This document shows positions 11,320 to 23,795 of a stretch of DNA of 64,000 nucleotides, in pieces (the stretch's first letter is position 1; each line of letters opens with the position of its first letter). Origin of the DNA: Methanocaldococcus sp. 16A (GTDB lineage: Archaea; AGJL01; Methanococci; Methanococcales; Methanocaldococcaceae); the NCBI GenBank assembly GCA_049860595.1, contig CP187551.1. The stretch is one strand, 5' to 3'. A program made the translations under genes and the position numbers. A model generated the notes under the pieces. The model had not been told where the DNA came from and ran no database searches. It saw only the letters and a program-made list of their open reading frames with translations.

Positions 11320-12624
11320 ATGGAACTTAATATAACTGGCTTTATTCCCAAACACATGGAAAATAGAGGAAAATTAACTTTAAAAGAAAATTTAAAAATT
11401 ATTGAAAACATCTTAGAGCAAAGAAAAGTTCCTGAAAATGGAATTGATGAAGAGCATATAAAATTTTTACTAAGAATTTTATCCTTTATGGATACGGATA
11501 AAGACCCAAGTGTTATACAAATTGGTGAGAGAGAGGCGAGAGTTTATACCAAACTACAAAGAGAAGGAGTTTTTGACTTCTGTCATGGAGTTGGAAGGAG
11601 TGGAAATTTAATAGATCCTCAACCAAAAGCACCTGGAGCAAGTGTGATGTATAAATTAACCAATAAATTGTTAGAAAGTTTTTTAAAAACTTTAGGATTG
11701 AAAGTTAAAGCAATAGCAACACCTGTAGCTACAGGAATGAGTATTGCTCTATGCTTATCAGCAGCAAGGAAAAAATACAATTCAAATGTTGTTATCTATC
11801 CCTATGCAGCTCATAAAAGCCCTATAAAAGCAACTTCTTTTATAGGAATGAGGATGAGATTGGTTGAGACAGTTTTGGATGGGGATATTGTTAAAGTTGA
11901 AGTTTCAGATATTGAAGATGCCATAAGAAAAGAAATTAATAATAAAAATAACCCAGTAGTTTTAAGCACTTTAACTTTTTTCCCACCAAGAAAGAGTGAT
12001 GATATTGAAGAAATTGCAAAAATATGCCAAGAATATAATATCCCACATATAATAAATGGAGCTTATGCCATTCAAAACTTCTATTATATCGAAAAGTTGA
12101 AAAAAGCTTTAAAATATAGAATTGATGCTGTAGTTAGCTCATCTGATAAAAATCTATTTACTCCAATTGGTGGAGGAATAATTTATACAAAGGATGAGAG
12201 TTTTTTAAAAGAAATTTCCTTAACTTATCCAGGAAGAGCCTCAGCAAATCCAATTGTAAATATTTTAATTTCTCTCTTAGCAATAGGAATTAAAAACTAT
12301 ATAGATTTAATGAAAGAACAAAAAGAATGTAAAAAGCTATTGGATGAATTATTAGAAGATTTAGCTAATAAAAAAGGAGAGAAGGTTTTGAATGTAGAAA
12401 ATCCTATTTCATCATGCATAACAACAAAAAAAGACCCATTAGATGTTGCTGGTAAGCTTTACAATTTAAGAGTTACTGGACCGAGAGGTGTGAGAAAGAA
12501 TGACAAATTTGGGACCTGTTATTTAAAAGAGTATCCTTATGATTATATAGTTGTAAATTCAGCTATTGGAGTTAAAAAAGAGGACATCTACAAAGTTATT
12601 GAGAAATTAGATGAAGTTTTATAA
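11320..12624 (+). CDS. spcS: O-phosphoseryl-tRNA(Sec) selenium transferase (SepSecS)
   Basis: GEREAR, HGVGRSG, QPKAPG, SSDKN, YPGRA. Confidence 0.95.
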   Translation: MELNITGFIPKHMENRGKLTLKENLKIIENILEQRKVPENGIDEEHIKFLLRILSFMDTDKDPSVIQIGEREARVYTKLQREGVFDFCHGVGRSGNLIDPQPKAPGASVMYKLTNKLLESFLKTLGLKVKAIATPVATGMSIALCLSAARKKYNSNVVIYPYAAHKSPIKATSFIGMRMRLVETVLDGDIVKVEVSDIEDAIRKEINNKNNPVVLSTLTFFPPRKSDDIEEIAKICQEYNIPHIINGAYAIQNFYYIEKLKKALKYRIDAVVSSSDKNLFTPIGGGIIYTKDESFLKEISLTYPGRASANPIVNILISLLAIGIKNYIDLMKEQKECKKLLDELLEDLANKKGEKVLNVENPISSCITTKKDPLDVAGKLYNLRVTGPRGVRKNDKFGTCYLKEYPYDYIVVNSAIGVKKEDIYKVIEKLDEVL

Positions 12625-12778
12625 ACTGTAGGAGGTCGTGCTGTATCGTGGTCATCTTCATTGAGCAAAAGCTCTCTCCCACGACTCGCCCTGACCTCCT
12701 TTACTGTTCCCCCAACTTCGAACCCGCTATCATCGCAACCTCTATGGATATGCTCCATGTGGGTCGGTTCGTTGGGGA
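12624..12778 (-). ncRNA. Two-hairpin box H/ACA pseudouridylation guide RNA
   Basis: GC-rich island. Minus strand: CCCCAAC/GUUGGGG stem + ACA (12705-12707), then GGAGGUC/GACCUCC stem + ACA (12627-12629); GA/UGA K-turn elements; TATA-like TTTTATATA about 25 bp upstream. Confidence 0.85.
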
Positions 12779-12840
12779 TAAATATATATCTTTAAGCAGT
12801 TATATAAAATTTAGCTAAACAAGATTATGAAGGTGAGAGA

Positions 12841-13764
12841 GTGAGATACGTAGTAGGGCACAAAAATCCAGATACTGACAGTATAGCATCAGCTATTGTT
12901 TTAGCTTACTTCTTAGATTGTTATCCTGCAAGATTGGGAGATATAAATCCAGAAACAGAGTTTGTTTTAAGAAAATTTGGAGTTATGGAGCCAGAGTTAA
13001 TAACATCAGCTAAGGGCAAAGAAATAATTTTAGTTGACCACTCAGAAAAGAGCCAAAGCTTTGATGATTTAGAAGAAGGGAAGTTAATAGCTGTTATAGA
13101 CCACCACAAAGTTGGTTTAACAACAGCTGAGCCAATTTTATACTATGCTAAGCCAGTTGGTTCAACAGCAACAGTTATAGCAGAACTCTACTTCAAAGAT
13201 GCCATTGAGTTAATTGGTGGGAAAAAGAAAAAATTAGGAGCAGATTTAGCTGGTTTATTATTGAGTGCAATAATATCAGATACAGTTTTGTTTAAATCAC
13301 CAACGACAACAGAATTAGATAAAGAGATGGCTAAGAAGTTAGCTGAGATTGCTGGAATAAGCAATATAGAAGAGTTTGGTATGGAAATTTTAAAGGCTAA
13401 GTCAGTTGTTGGTAAATTGAAACCAGAAGAAATTATTAATATGGACTTCAAAAACTTTGATTTCAATGGAAAGAAGGTTGGAATTGGGCAGGTAGAGGTT
13501 ATAGATGTCAGTGAGGTTGAGAGTAAAAAAGAAGATATATATAAATTATTAGAGGAGAAGTTGAAAAATGAGGGCTATGATTTGATTGTCTTTTTGATAA
13601 CTGATATTATGAAAGAAGGTAGTGAGGCATTGGTTGTTGGTAATAAGGAGATGTTTGAGAAAGCATTTAATGTTAAAGTTGAAGGAAACAGTGTATTCTT
13701 AGAAGGAGTAATGTCAAGAAAGAAACAGGTTGTTCCTCCATTAGAAAAGGCATACAACGAGTAA
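12841..13764 (+). CDS. ppaC: Mn-dependent family II inorganic pyrophosphatase
   Basis: GHKNPDTD, DHH, SRKKQ. Confidence 0.96.
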   Translation: MRYVVGHKNPDTDSIASAIVLAYFLDCYPARLGDINPETEFVLRKFGVMEPELITSAKGKEIILVDHSEKSQSFDDLEEGKLIAVIDHHKVGLTTAEPILYYAKPVGSTATVIAELYFKDAIELIGGKKKKLGADLAGLLLSAIISDTVLFKSPTTTELDKEMAKKLAEIAGISNIEEFGMEILKAKSVVGKLKPEEIINMDFKNFDFNGKKVGIGQVEVIDVSEVESKKEDIYKLLEEKLKNEGYDLIVFLITDIMKEGSEALVVGNKEMFEKAFNVKVEGNSVFLEGVMSRKKQVVPPLEKAYNE

Positions 13765-13821
13765 AATTATATTATAAATTTTAATTTTATTTTAATTTTT
13801 TGTTTTAATTAGTAAAAAGGG

Positions 13822-14067
13822 ATGTATATGCATTACTCTATAATAAAACCAATATGCAAAAAAGAAGTTATTGAGATAGATAAAGGTTCATTAAAGACAA
13901 AAAGAAAGTTTGCATTTTTGCTTGAAGTTGGAGATAAAATATTAAAAAATAAAGAATTTTGGGCTAATGAAGATGTTGAGATTGTAGTAGATTACTCTTT
14001 TACAAATTCTAAAAGACCTAAGGAGAAGATAGAGATTTATACAATAGAAAATATAGAGAGGGAATAA
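13822..14067 (+). CDS. Conserved hypothetical protein
   Basis: ORF in tight operon spacing (1 bp) with the next gene. Confidence 0.7.
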   Translation: MYMHYSIIKPICKKEVIEIDKGSLKTKRKFAFLLEVGDKILKNKEFWANEDVEIVVDYSFTNSKRPKEKIEIYTIENIERE

Positions 14068-14068
14068 T

Positions 14069-14344
14069 ATGGATTTAGAAGGAAAATGTTGTTTAATTCA
14101 TGCTATTGGTGGAATTATTTTTGGTTATTTTGCTAATTATGTATATACATCAGGTTTAGGAATGTTTAGCGGAATTACCACTTTAATATTTTTATTTATT
14201 GGAGCTGTAATTTTTGGACACATTTCTGCTAAAGTATTTGGAGAAGAGAGTTTAACTCAAAAACAGTGGCTTGGCTGTGGAGTATTACCATTTTTTTTAG
14301 TAGGTATTGTAGTCTGGATATTGAAGTTTAACGGGCTAATTTAA
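14069..14344 (+). CDS. Small three-TM membrane protein (possibly EMC6-like)
   Basis: Three hydrophobic segments; QWLGCG motif. Confidence 0.6.
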   Translation: MDLEGKCCLIHAIGGIIFGYFANYVYTSGLGMFSGITTLIFLFIGAVIFGHISAKVFGEESLTQKQWLGCGVLPFFLVGIVVWILKFNGLI

Positions 14345-14345
14345 A

Positions 14346-14440
14346 ATAGGACTTTCGCAGGGATGAATATTTTTATTGAAGAAGGACACCTTTAAGGTGT
14401 CTTAATTCCAAAATTAATATATAAATTGCGAAAGTCCTAT
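14346..14440. repeat. Palindromic MITE-like repeat (MJRE-type), followed by a truncated second copy from 14444
   Basis: Terminal IR ATAGGACTTTCGCA/TGCGAAAGTCCTAT; central hairpin GACACCTT-T-AAGGTGTC. Confidence 0.88.
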
Positions 14441-14519
14441 TTAATAGGACTTTTAAAGAAGAAATATTTTTATTGGGAATAAGATTTCTATTAAAAGTAA
14501 AAATTATATGGTGGAAATT

Positions 14520-15800
14520 ATGGTTTTAAAAATGGATAAGTCAAAAGAATTATTTGAAGAGGCAAAAAAATACTTAGTTGGAGGAGTTAATAGTCCAGTT
14601 AGATACTTTAAGCCATATCCATTTTTTGTTGAGAGAGCTAAAGATTGTTATTTATTTGACGTTGATGGAAACTGCTACATAGATTACTGTTTAGCGTATG
14701 GTCCTATGGTTTTAGGTCATGCAAATGAAAAGATTATTGAAGCTGTTAAAGAGCAACTTGAATTAGGTAGTGCTTATGGATGTCCTACAGAGAAAGAGAT
14801 TATTTTAGCTAAGGAAGTTATTAAGAGGGTTCCATGCGCGGAGATGGTGAGATTTGTCAATTCTGGAACAGAGGCAACAATGTCAGCAATAAGATTGGCA
14901 AGAGGAGTTACTGGAAGAAAAAAGATTATAAAATTTGATGGAGCTTATCATGGAGCTCATGATTATGTTTTAGTTAAGAGTGGTAGTGGAGCTTTAACTC
15001 ATGGACATCCAAACTCTCCAGGAATTCCAGAAGAAACAACAAAAAATACTATTTTAATTCCATTTAATGATGAAGATGCAGTAAAAAAAGCAATAAATGA
15101 AAATAAAGATGAGATTGCCTGTATTATAGTTGAGCCAGTAATGGGGAATGTTGGATGTATCTTACCAAAAGAAGGTTATTTAGAATTTTTGAGAGAAATA
15201 ACTGAGGAAAATGACATTTTATTAATATTTGATGAAGTTATAACTGGGTTTAGATTAGCAAAAGGAGGAGCTCAGGAATATTTTGGAGTAGTTCCTGATA
15301 TAGCTACTTTGGGTAAAATATTGGGTGGAGGGTTTCCAATTGGTGCTATTGTTGGGAAAAAAGAGATTATGGAGCAGTTCTCTCCATTAGGTCCAATATA
15401 TCAAGCAGGAACATTCAACGGAAATCCAATATCAATAACTGCTGGAATTGCTACACTTGAGCAATTGGATGATAAATTTTATAGAGAAACATCAAGAACG
15501 GCTAAGATATTGGCAGACACTTTAAGAGAGTTAGCTGATAAATACAATATTAAGGCAAAGGTTTATAACATTGCTTCAATGTTCCAAATATACTTCAATG
15601 AAAATGAGGTTTTAAATTATGAAATAGCTAAGCAGAGTGATGTTGAGAGATTTATGAAATACTTCTGGGGATTATTGGAGAGAGGCGTTTTTGTTCCTCC
15701 TTCACAATTTGAATGTTGCTTTACATCAATAAAACATAATGATGAAGTTGTAGATAAGACAATAAAGGCTATGGAAGATGTTTTTAAGGGATTAGAGTAA
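14520..15800 (+). CDS. hemL: Glutamate-1-semialdehyde 2,1-aminomutase
   Basis: [40 protein letters not shown]. Confidence 0.97.
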   Translation: MVLKMDKSKELFEEAKKYLVGGVNSPVRYFKPYPFFVERAKDCYLFDVDGNCYIDYCLAYGPMVLGHANEKIIEAVKEQLELGSAYGCPTEKEIILAKEVIKRVPCAEMVRFVNSGTEATMSAIRLARGVTGRKKIIKFDGAYHGAHDYVLVKSGSGALTHGHPNSPGIPEETTKNTILIPFNDEDAVKKAINENKDEIACIIVEPVMGNVGCILPKEGYLEFLREITEENDILLIFDEVITGFRLAKGGAQEYFGVVPDIATLGKILGGGFPIGAIVGKKEIMEQFSPLGPIYQAGTFNGNPISITAGIATLEQLDDKFYRETSRTAKILADTLRELADKYNIKAKVYNIASMFQIYFNENEVLNYEIAKQSDVERFMKYFWGLLERGVFVPPSQFECCFTSIKHNDEVVDKTIKAMEDVFKGLE

Positions 15801-15901
15801 ATCACGACATTCAAAATATTCAAGACATCTAAATTTGAGTACTGACAGTGTGATTTAACGATATCGAACATAAAACCAAAAAATAGAAATAGATGAAACT
15901 T

Positions 15902-16006
15902 AAATTAAAGTTTATTACGAATAAAAAGAATTGAAGTGGGCATTTAATGGGTAAAGCTATGAGAGAAATCCCTGAGGAGGATTATAAGTTGATTGTAGGT
16001 GAATAA
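15902..16006 (+). pseudogene. 3' remnant of an EVE-domain (UPF0310) gene with Trp-to-stop change
   Basis: Reads [33 protein letters not shown], resembling the archaeal EVE C-terminus; TGA at 15932-15934; no 5' part. Confidence 0.7.
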
Positions 16007-16012
16007 GAAATA

Positions 16013-18859
16013 TTAATTACCCTCATCAGTATAATAATTAGATTTTATGAAGTTTTGAATGAATTGTTTTAAATCTTTTAGTTTTTCATTTACTAAGTCT
16101 TCTGAAGCATTTATAGCGATTATATAAGCAATTTCTGTCTTATTATCTATATTTTTTGGTATATCTACTTCTTTACTAAATTCTTTATTTAGAAAATCAG
16201 TCCAATCATAATCAGGACATGCATAAATATAATATTCGTCTCGCAATTTTTCAGCAATTTTATCATAAACAGGTTTTATACATTTCTCCACAATTTCATC
16301 TCTATTTTTAATTGTGTTTGGTAGTTTAAGACTTTCTTTAATTTTATTAATGTATTCATCATTTAACCAATCTGGTGAATAGAGTTCCTTAAGATTTTTA
16401 AGTATTATTGGCATACTTATTTTGTTCTTATCTTTACTACTATTTTCGTTCGTATAAAAATTAAATGCCGTGTCTCCATCACAAACAATACAATATGGAA
16501 TGTTTAAAGAATCCATTAGTTTCATATATTTTTTAAATCCATTCTTGCCGCCGACATTTATAATTTCTATGTTATATTTTTCGAGTGGATTGTTGTATTT
16601 TTCATCTTCAAATTTAAATTTTCTTATTAATATTGGAAGAGTTATCAACTCTGAAATTCCTTCTACCAATATTACACCATTTGCAAAAAGTGAGGGAATT
16701 AATCTATCATTTTCTTCAAACATTTTTTTCATCATGTTTATATTTGTGCTTGTGGTGATGTATGAAATATCATCATTTTTTTTAATTTTAGGAATTTTTG
16801 AATATATTTCTTCTAAAATCTCATTAAGATTAATTTTGTAGATTCCATTACAAAAATTATCAATATATTCCTGACATTTTTTTATTAAGTCATCATATTT
16901 TCCATCTTTATTAGATACCTTCTTTAAATAACCTATCTTACCATTTAATTCATTGAATTTTATAAACTGTTTTTCTAAAAATTCAAGTTCATTTAAATCT
17001 AATTCGTCTAAATTAATGTTTATTTTTCTACCTAAACGACTTTCAAAGTTTGATAAATCCTTTTCTAATTTTTGCTTAATATCCTCTTTAATAAATTCAA
17101 AGAATACTCTATATATATTTACTAACTTTGTAGCTCCATTTTCTTTATCTTTATAAAATCTAAAAGTATGTTTTAATAATTCAGAATCTACAAAATAGGG
17201 TGAGTGGGTTATTATTATAATTTGGTTACCCCCATTTTCATTTAAATTTAACTTTTTAAAATCTTCCAATAATCTTTTCTGATAAATTGGATGTAAATGT
17301 AGTGCTGGCTCATCTAATAAAATAACTTTATTTTTATTTCCAACGACTACAGCCAAAATATTTAAAACTTCAAAAATACCTGAACCTACTCTATCAATAG
17401 GTAGTTGCTTAGAATCTTTTGATTGAATATCATATGTAATAAAAATTTCTGGATAGCCATTATGATTAACTACATCGAAATCTATGTTTTCAGTAGCAAA
17501 AATTTCTTGAAAATATTTTCTAATATCTTTATATTTGTTTCTAATATCTAATTCATGGGAATTTTTTAAATAAAACAAATATTTTGCCAAATCTTTTCCA
17601 TTCCCATAATAGGCATTAAATCCATACCCATAAGTAGGTATTTTTCGTATAGCCTCTGTTACTTTACTTAACTTATCTACAGATACCTTAATATCTGATG
17701 TTGGAGGAATCCACAACTTTAATCCTTTTATTAATGATTTAACATCTTCAGAAAGGTCTTTAGGATATCCCCTAACTTCTTCAAATTTTATAATTGCTTT
17801 ATCAAAGAGTTTTAGTATAAAATAATGAAATAATAACGAATTAGGAAATTTAAATTCTATATTTAGATATTCAAAGATTCTTTTTATTTTCTCATATATC
17901 TCACTGTCTAACGGATTTTCATTTACATAATTTGTAATTTTCTCATAATTTATGTAACTATTCTGTCCTAAGTAAAATAAGCCCAATGCTAATAATAATG
18001 CATATAGTAATCTAAAATGCTTTATTGTTTGATATTTTTCTTCTAAAAATCTGTATCCATTATCACTATCAATAAATTCACGCAAATAATCACATAAAAT
18101 ATCTTTATTTTGACCATTATTGAAATCGGAAATAAACAATATATTGTTGGTTTTATCCACAATATAATACAAATTATAACTCATTACTACGTTTAAAAAC
18201 TTATTTAAACTCTTAAAATATTTTCCATCATTATTTTCAAATTCTTTATACTTCTGAGGATTAGGTTTCTTAGATAATATCTCATTAAATGTTTTTTTAT
18301 TAACTAAAAATTCATACCATTTCATATCATCCTCAATATCAGATAGTGATAGTCCCCACTTAGATAACTCATTTTTTAATTCTTTAGATATTTCAATTAA
18401 CTTATTAATAGAAACTTTGTAATATGGATGTATTATACCTGTAGGATTTCCGTGATATTCCCAAATTATCTGCCCTTTTGAGAATACATCTATTAATTCA
18501 TCAAAAACATTAAAATTTAATTTATTGCAGATTTCTAAGAATGTTTCTATGGAATTAGAACCTGTAGATTTAAAAAATCCTTCAAAATAATCTTTTAGTA
18601 AATTTTTCTCCAAATCATCAAATTCAATATCTACAACAATTTTAGCAAATCTATTACTATCATTATGTAAATAATTTGGGACATCTTCGGCTTTTATTCT
18701 ATTATTTATCACATCCTTTAAAAACTCAAGAACTCTAAATAGATTTGATTTTCCAGCATTATTTGGACCTACTATAACAGCAATATTGCCCTCATTAAAT
18801 TCAATCTTAAATTCATCATAAGAAAATAAGTTATTAACTTCAATAGCCTTAATCTTCAT
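16013..18859 (-). CDS. OLD-family ATP-dependent nuclease (ABC ATPase + TOPRIM)
   Basis: Walker A GPNNAGKS, signature VGSG, Walker B ILLDEPALHLHP, H-loop ITHSP, TOPRIM ILVEGISE and CDGD. Confidence 0.88.
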   Translation of the reverse strand: MKIKAIEVNNLFSYDEFKIEFNEGNIAVIVGPNNAGKSNLFRVLEFLKDVINNRIKAEDVPNYLHNDSNRFAKIVVDIEFDDLEKNLLKDYFEGFFKSTGSNSIETFLEICNKLNFNVFDELIDVFSKGQIIWEYHGNPTGIIHPYYKVSINKLIEISKELKNELSKWGLSLSDIEDDMKWYEFLVNKKTFNEILSKKPNPQKYKEFENNDGKYFKSLNKFLNVVMSYNLYYIVDKTNNILFISDFNNGQNKDILCDYLREFIDSDNGYRFLEEKYQTIKHFRLLYALLLALGLFYLGQNSYINYEKITNYVNENPLDSEIYEKIKRIFEYLNIEFKFPNSLLFHYFILKLFDKAIIKFEEVRGYPKDLSEDVKSLIKGLKLWIPPTSDIKVSVDKLSKVTEAIRKIPTYGYGFNAYYGNGKDLAKYLFYLKNSHELDIRNKYKDIRKYFQEIFATENIDFDVVNHNGYPEIFITYDIQSKDSKQLPIDRVGSGIFEVLNILAVVVGNKNKVILLDEPALHLHPIYQKRLLEDFKKLNLNENGGNQIIIITHSPYFVDSELLKHTFRFYKDKENGATKLVNIYRVFFEFIKEDIKQKLEKDLSNFESRLGRKININLDELDLNELEFLEKQFIKFNELNGKIGYLKKVSNKDGKYDDLIKKCQEYIDNFCNGIYKINLNEILEEIYSKIPKIKKNDDISYITTSTNINMMKKMFEENDRLIPSLFANGVILVEGISELITLPILIRKFKFEDEKYNNPLEKYNIEIINVGGKNGFKKYMKLMDSLNIPYCIVCDGDTAFNFYTNENSSKDKNKISMPIILKNLKELYSPDWLNDEYINKIKESLKLPNTIKNRDEIVEKCIKPVYDKIAEKLRDEYYIYACPDYDWTDFLNKEFSKEVDIPKNIDNKTEIAYIIAINASEDLVNEKLKDLKQFIQNFIKSNYYTDEGN

Positions 18860-19047
18860 AAAAATTCACCATATTTTTTAGGTTATTGCATTTTCCTTAA
18901 TATTACAATTTTGAACTGTTGATTAATTATATTGCTTTTTAAAAATATTTAAAAATAATCCTACACATAACTAAAAAATAAAACAATTATATATTATCTA
19001 AACTACCACATTTTCATAATAAGTTATTAACTCTTTAATAAGATGAA

Positions 19048-19842
19048 GTGATTCAAATGTTATTAGAAAAGAGCAAAATAGAAATTATAGAGCAATTTAT
19101 TCATATCTTAGAAATCTTAGACATGTATGCAAAAGAAGGAAGTGATGAGAAGGCAATTATAAGATTGATGTTAGATTACCTTGAAAAAGGACATGTTTTA
19201 GATGAAGATATTATTCCAATAGCAAGTAAAATTTCGGAAATAGCTAAAAAAGTTGGTAGTTTTGACATGAAAAGAGAGATAAACCTTTTACTATTTGGAG
19301 AGAAAGTAAGATTAACAAAATCCCAAAAAAACAAAATAAAAAAGATTATTGAAATTTTAGAGTATTTAAAAGGTTATATAGAGAAAAAGCCATACAAATC
19401 TTATGAAGACAGGCATATTTTAAATCTAATTGGTTTAAAAATTTTAAGGCTGGATGAAGGAATTGTTTTAGATTATAATTCAGAAGTTAGGAGCTTAACC
19501 AATATGGCTTTAAGAGTGGGAAGTTATGAATTAAAAAATGAAATTGAGTTATTATTAACTGGAAGAAGAAGGAGGAAATTAACAGAAGAATTTATACAAA
19601 AGAGAATATCAATTATAGAGATTTTAGAAATGGTTAAAGACTTTATAGACAAAAAAGAATTTAAATCATCTTTTGACTATGAAGCACTCTTCTTAATAAA
19701 TTTGAAGATTCATAGAATTGAAGAAGGAATTTTAAAAAATTTTGATGAAGAAGTAGAATCAATTTTAAGCATAGCAAGAAAAGTAGGAAATCACAAATTG
19801 AGGGAGAAAATTGTTTTATTAAAAGAGAGTATAAAGAACTAA
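19048..19842 (+). CDS. Hypothetical protein with three internal ~85-aa helical repeats
   Basis: Repeating I(H/E)ILE...(K/E)G...A(K/L/R)(K/R)VG...IxLL unit. Confidence 0.75.
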   Translation: MIQMLLEKSKIEIIEQFIHILEILDMYAKEGSDEKAIIRLMLDYLEKGHVLDEDIIPIASKISEIAKKVGSFDMKREINLLLFGEKVRLTKSQKNKIKKIIEILEYLKGYIEKKPYKSYEDRHILNLIGLKILRLDEGIVLDYNSEVRSLTNMALRVGSYELKNEIELLLTGRRRRKLTEEFIQKRISIIEILEMVKDFIDKKEFKSSFDYEALFLINLKIHRIEEGILKNFDEEVESILSIARKVGNHKLREKIVLLKESIKN

Positions 19843-19888
19843 AATAGAATTTTTACATTTTATTTATTCCTATAAAAGTCCTATTAAA

Positions 19889-21715
<1,827 letters not shown>

Positions 21716-21726
<11 letters not shown>

Positions 21727-22141
21727 TTTCTCTCTCCTTTTCAATATATTTCTCAATAACTTTTGGAGAGACTCTTGTTTGAATACCTAATCTCTCTAAG
21801 ATTATATTGTTTAAAATAGCTTTAAGTATTTCTTTTCCTTCTTTGGATTCAGTTATTTCATTTAATTTTCTTGTAGTTGCAGGGGATTTTAGCTTTTTTA
21901 AAACTTCTGCTATCTCTTCTTCTGTAATTCTACCCTTTTTCTTCTGATATATTTCATCAGCTATTTTATACAACTTATTCATATCAAATGGTAAATATTC
22001 AGGGATTTTATTTAAAACTGTCTCATCTATAGATGCCAATAATCTTGCTATCTCAATATCTTCAATATTTTCATCTATTTTCAATTTTTTTACTACAAAC
22101 CATTTTTTATGTTTTGCTATAAACTCAATTTTATCCTCCAT
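21716..22141 (-). CDS. Conserved hypothetical protein (DUF2666-like)
   Basis: WFVVKKLKIDE...IARLLASI; RBS GGTGAG. Confidence 0.6.
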
Positions 22142-22233
22142 AATCTCACCAAAATAGAATTTACTTTAAGTATGGAAAAAGAATAATCTAACAAAATAAA
22201 AAAATAAAAATTATAAAAAATATATTTTTTATC

Positions 22234-22461
22234 TTATGCAGTGACTAATCTCTTCAAAATAGGGTCGGTTACATCTTCTGGGCTTATCTCTTCTATATTT
22301 AATATTTTTATTTTTGACCTCTTAACTTTGTATCTTCCACCAAATTCAGAGTATAAAATCTCTAAAGCATGCTCTGGCTTTAAAGCTTTGTATTCTTTTC
22401 TGAAGAGCATTGGTTCTCCTTTTCTTAATATTTTTCCTGTTATTCTGAATATCTTAGCCAA
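22234..22461 (-). CDS. rplX: 50S ribosomal protein LX/eL20 (L18a)
   Basis: FRKEYKALKPEHALEILYSEFGGRYKVKR; TTG start at 22461 after GGAGGTGG. Confidence 0.88.
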   Translation of the reverse strand: MAKIFRITGKILRKGEPMLFRKEYKALKPEHALEILYSEFGGRYKVKRSKIKILNIEEISPEDVTDPILKRLVTA

Positions 22462-22510
22462 ATTACCACCTCCTTTTATCAATCTTTATCATTAAAAGAG
22501 TTTAGGTAGT

Positions 22511-22765
22511 TTATTCTTTACAAATCTTATAAATGTTTTGTGCTACACCTATCCATCTTAAGTAAGAGTAGATAGATGCCTTTAATATAGAAATATCTTC
22601 AGCTTTAACATTTATCTTTATTACATTTTTATTTATTTCCATTGTAGCAGAGGATTTTATTTGAGATGTTAAATGTTCTAAAAATATAGATTTATAAATA
22701 GTTTCTGCCTCTTCCTCACTATTGAATTCTAATATCAGTTCAAAAGAATTCATAAAAATCCCCAT
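22511..22765 (-). CDS. pcc1: KEOPS complex subunit Pcc1
   Basis: AEDISILKASIYSYLRW; canonical position beside Brix/rpoP. Confidence 0.85.
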   Translation of the reverse strand: MGIFMNSFELILEFNSEEEAETIYKSIFLEHLTSQIKSSATMEINKNVIKINVKAEDISILKASIYSYLRWIGVAQNIYKICKE

Positions 22766-22770
22766 AACAT

Positions 22771-23280
22771 TTAGAAAAGGCTGTCAAATAGTTTAATAGA
22801 CTTTACTCTAATTAAAGGACCTATTTTAACTCTTCCCTTATAGAATTGGATAGCAAATAGATATTTTGGGTCTCTCTCCAATCTTAATGTTATATTGCTA
22901 TCTTCATCAATATTTAAATATTGGAACAAAAATTCATCATAAATTTCATAATGTTTTTGGAACTCTTCATTATCTTTAAGCTCTTTGCTAATCTTTATTT
23001 TTATTCCATCATCATTGTATATTTTCTCTCCACAAACTTCTCTCTGTAACTTAACAGAAATAAAGCTTGACAACCTTCTCTCATTTTCAACATCATAAAC
23101 TACTAAAGTTCCAGGGTTAGCTTTAAATTCTCCAATTAAAAGAACATGCTTGTCCATTTCAAAAATCTCTTTTAATGAAAGCTTCCCTCTTTGGACATAA
23201 GGTAAATTTAAGGTTCTCTCTAAATCTCTGACAAAACTTCTTGTTCTTTGAGAAGGTTTTCTTGAGGTTGTGAGTATCAT
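22771..23280 (-). CDS. Brix-domain ribosome biogenesis protein
   Basis: [24 protein letters not shown] motif. Confidence 0.9.
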   Translation of the reverse strand: MILTTSRKPSQRTRSFVRDLERTLNLPYVQRGKLSLKEIFEMDKHVLLIGEFKANPGTLVVYDVENERRLSSFISVKLQREVCGEKIYNDDGIKIKISKELKDNEEFQKHYEIYDEFLFQYLNIDEDSNITLRLERDPKYLFAIQFYKGRVKIGPLIRVKSIKLFDSLF

Positions 23281-23281
23281 T

Positions 23282-23422
23282 TTACCTCGCCTTTACATGT
23301 TTAACTACTTTTGGTCTAAGTTTAACCAATATTTTATAACTGCAGTGAGGACATCTTGCTCTATTTCCTAATTCTTCAAATTTTATAATTTTTTTACAGT
23401 TTAAACACTTGTATTCAACCAT
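23282..23422 (-). CDS. rpoP: RNA polymerase subunit P (Rpo12), 46 aa, not in ORF track
   Basis: [46 protein letters not shown]; zinc ribbon between rpl37ae and Brix. Confidence 0.95.
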   Translation of the reverse strand: MVEYKCLNCKKIIKFEELGNRARCPHCSYKILVKLRPKVVKHVKAR

Positions 23423-23486
23423 AATTTATCCCCAAATAATTTTGGTCTCTTAAAAGAAAAAAATTAGATATATATGGTTTGATAAA

Positions 23487-23765
23487 TTATTCTTCTTTTC
23501 TCTCAACAATTCTTCTAATTGCTTTCATAACTGCTTTGCCAGCCCCAGTCTCTGGTGTGTAAGCCCCTCCAGCTATCTTAGCTCCACACTTTCCACAAAC
23601 CCATATTGATGTTGAAGCTCTCTTTAATTTTGGAAATCCACAAACAGGACATTTGTATTTTTTCTTTGCTTTAATTTCAACATCTCTAACTCTAACTCTT
23701 ATTTTTAAACCATATCTTGGACCAAATCTTCCTGTAGGTCCTACTTTCTTTGTGTGGCTGAACAT
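23487..23765 (-). CDS. rpl37ae: 50S ribosomal protein L37Ae (eL43)
   Basis: [12 protein letters not shown]...CGKC, AGGAY. Confidence 0.96.
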   Translation of the reverse strand: MFSHTKKVGPTGRFGPRYGLKIRVRVRDVEIKAKKKYKCPVCGFPKLKRASTSIWVCGKCGAKIAGGAYTPETGAGKAVMKAIRRIVERKEE

Positions 23766-23795
23766 ACACTCTCACCTCATCTTTAATTTCTATAA

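Noticed and set aside
15932-15934. TGA in the EVE fragment as possible selenocysteine
   Set aside because: Position corresponds to Trp in the family as I recall it; no SECIS; 5' part of the gene is missing
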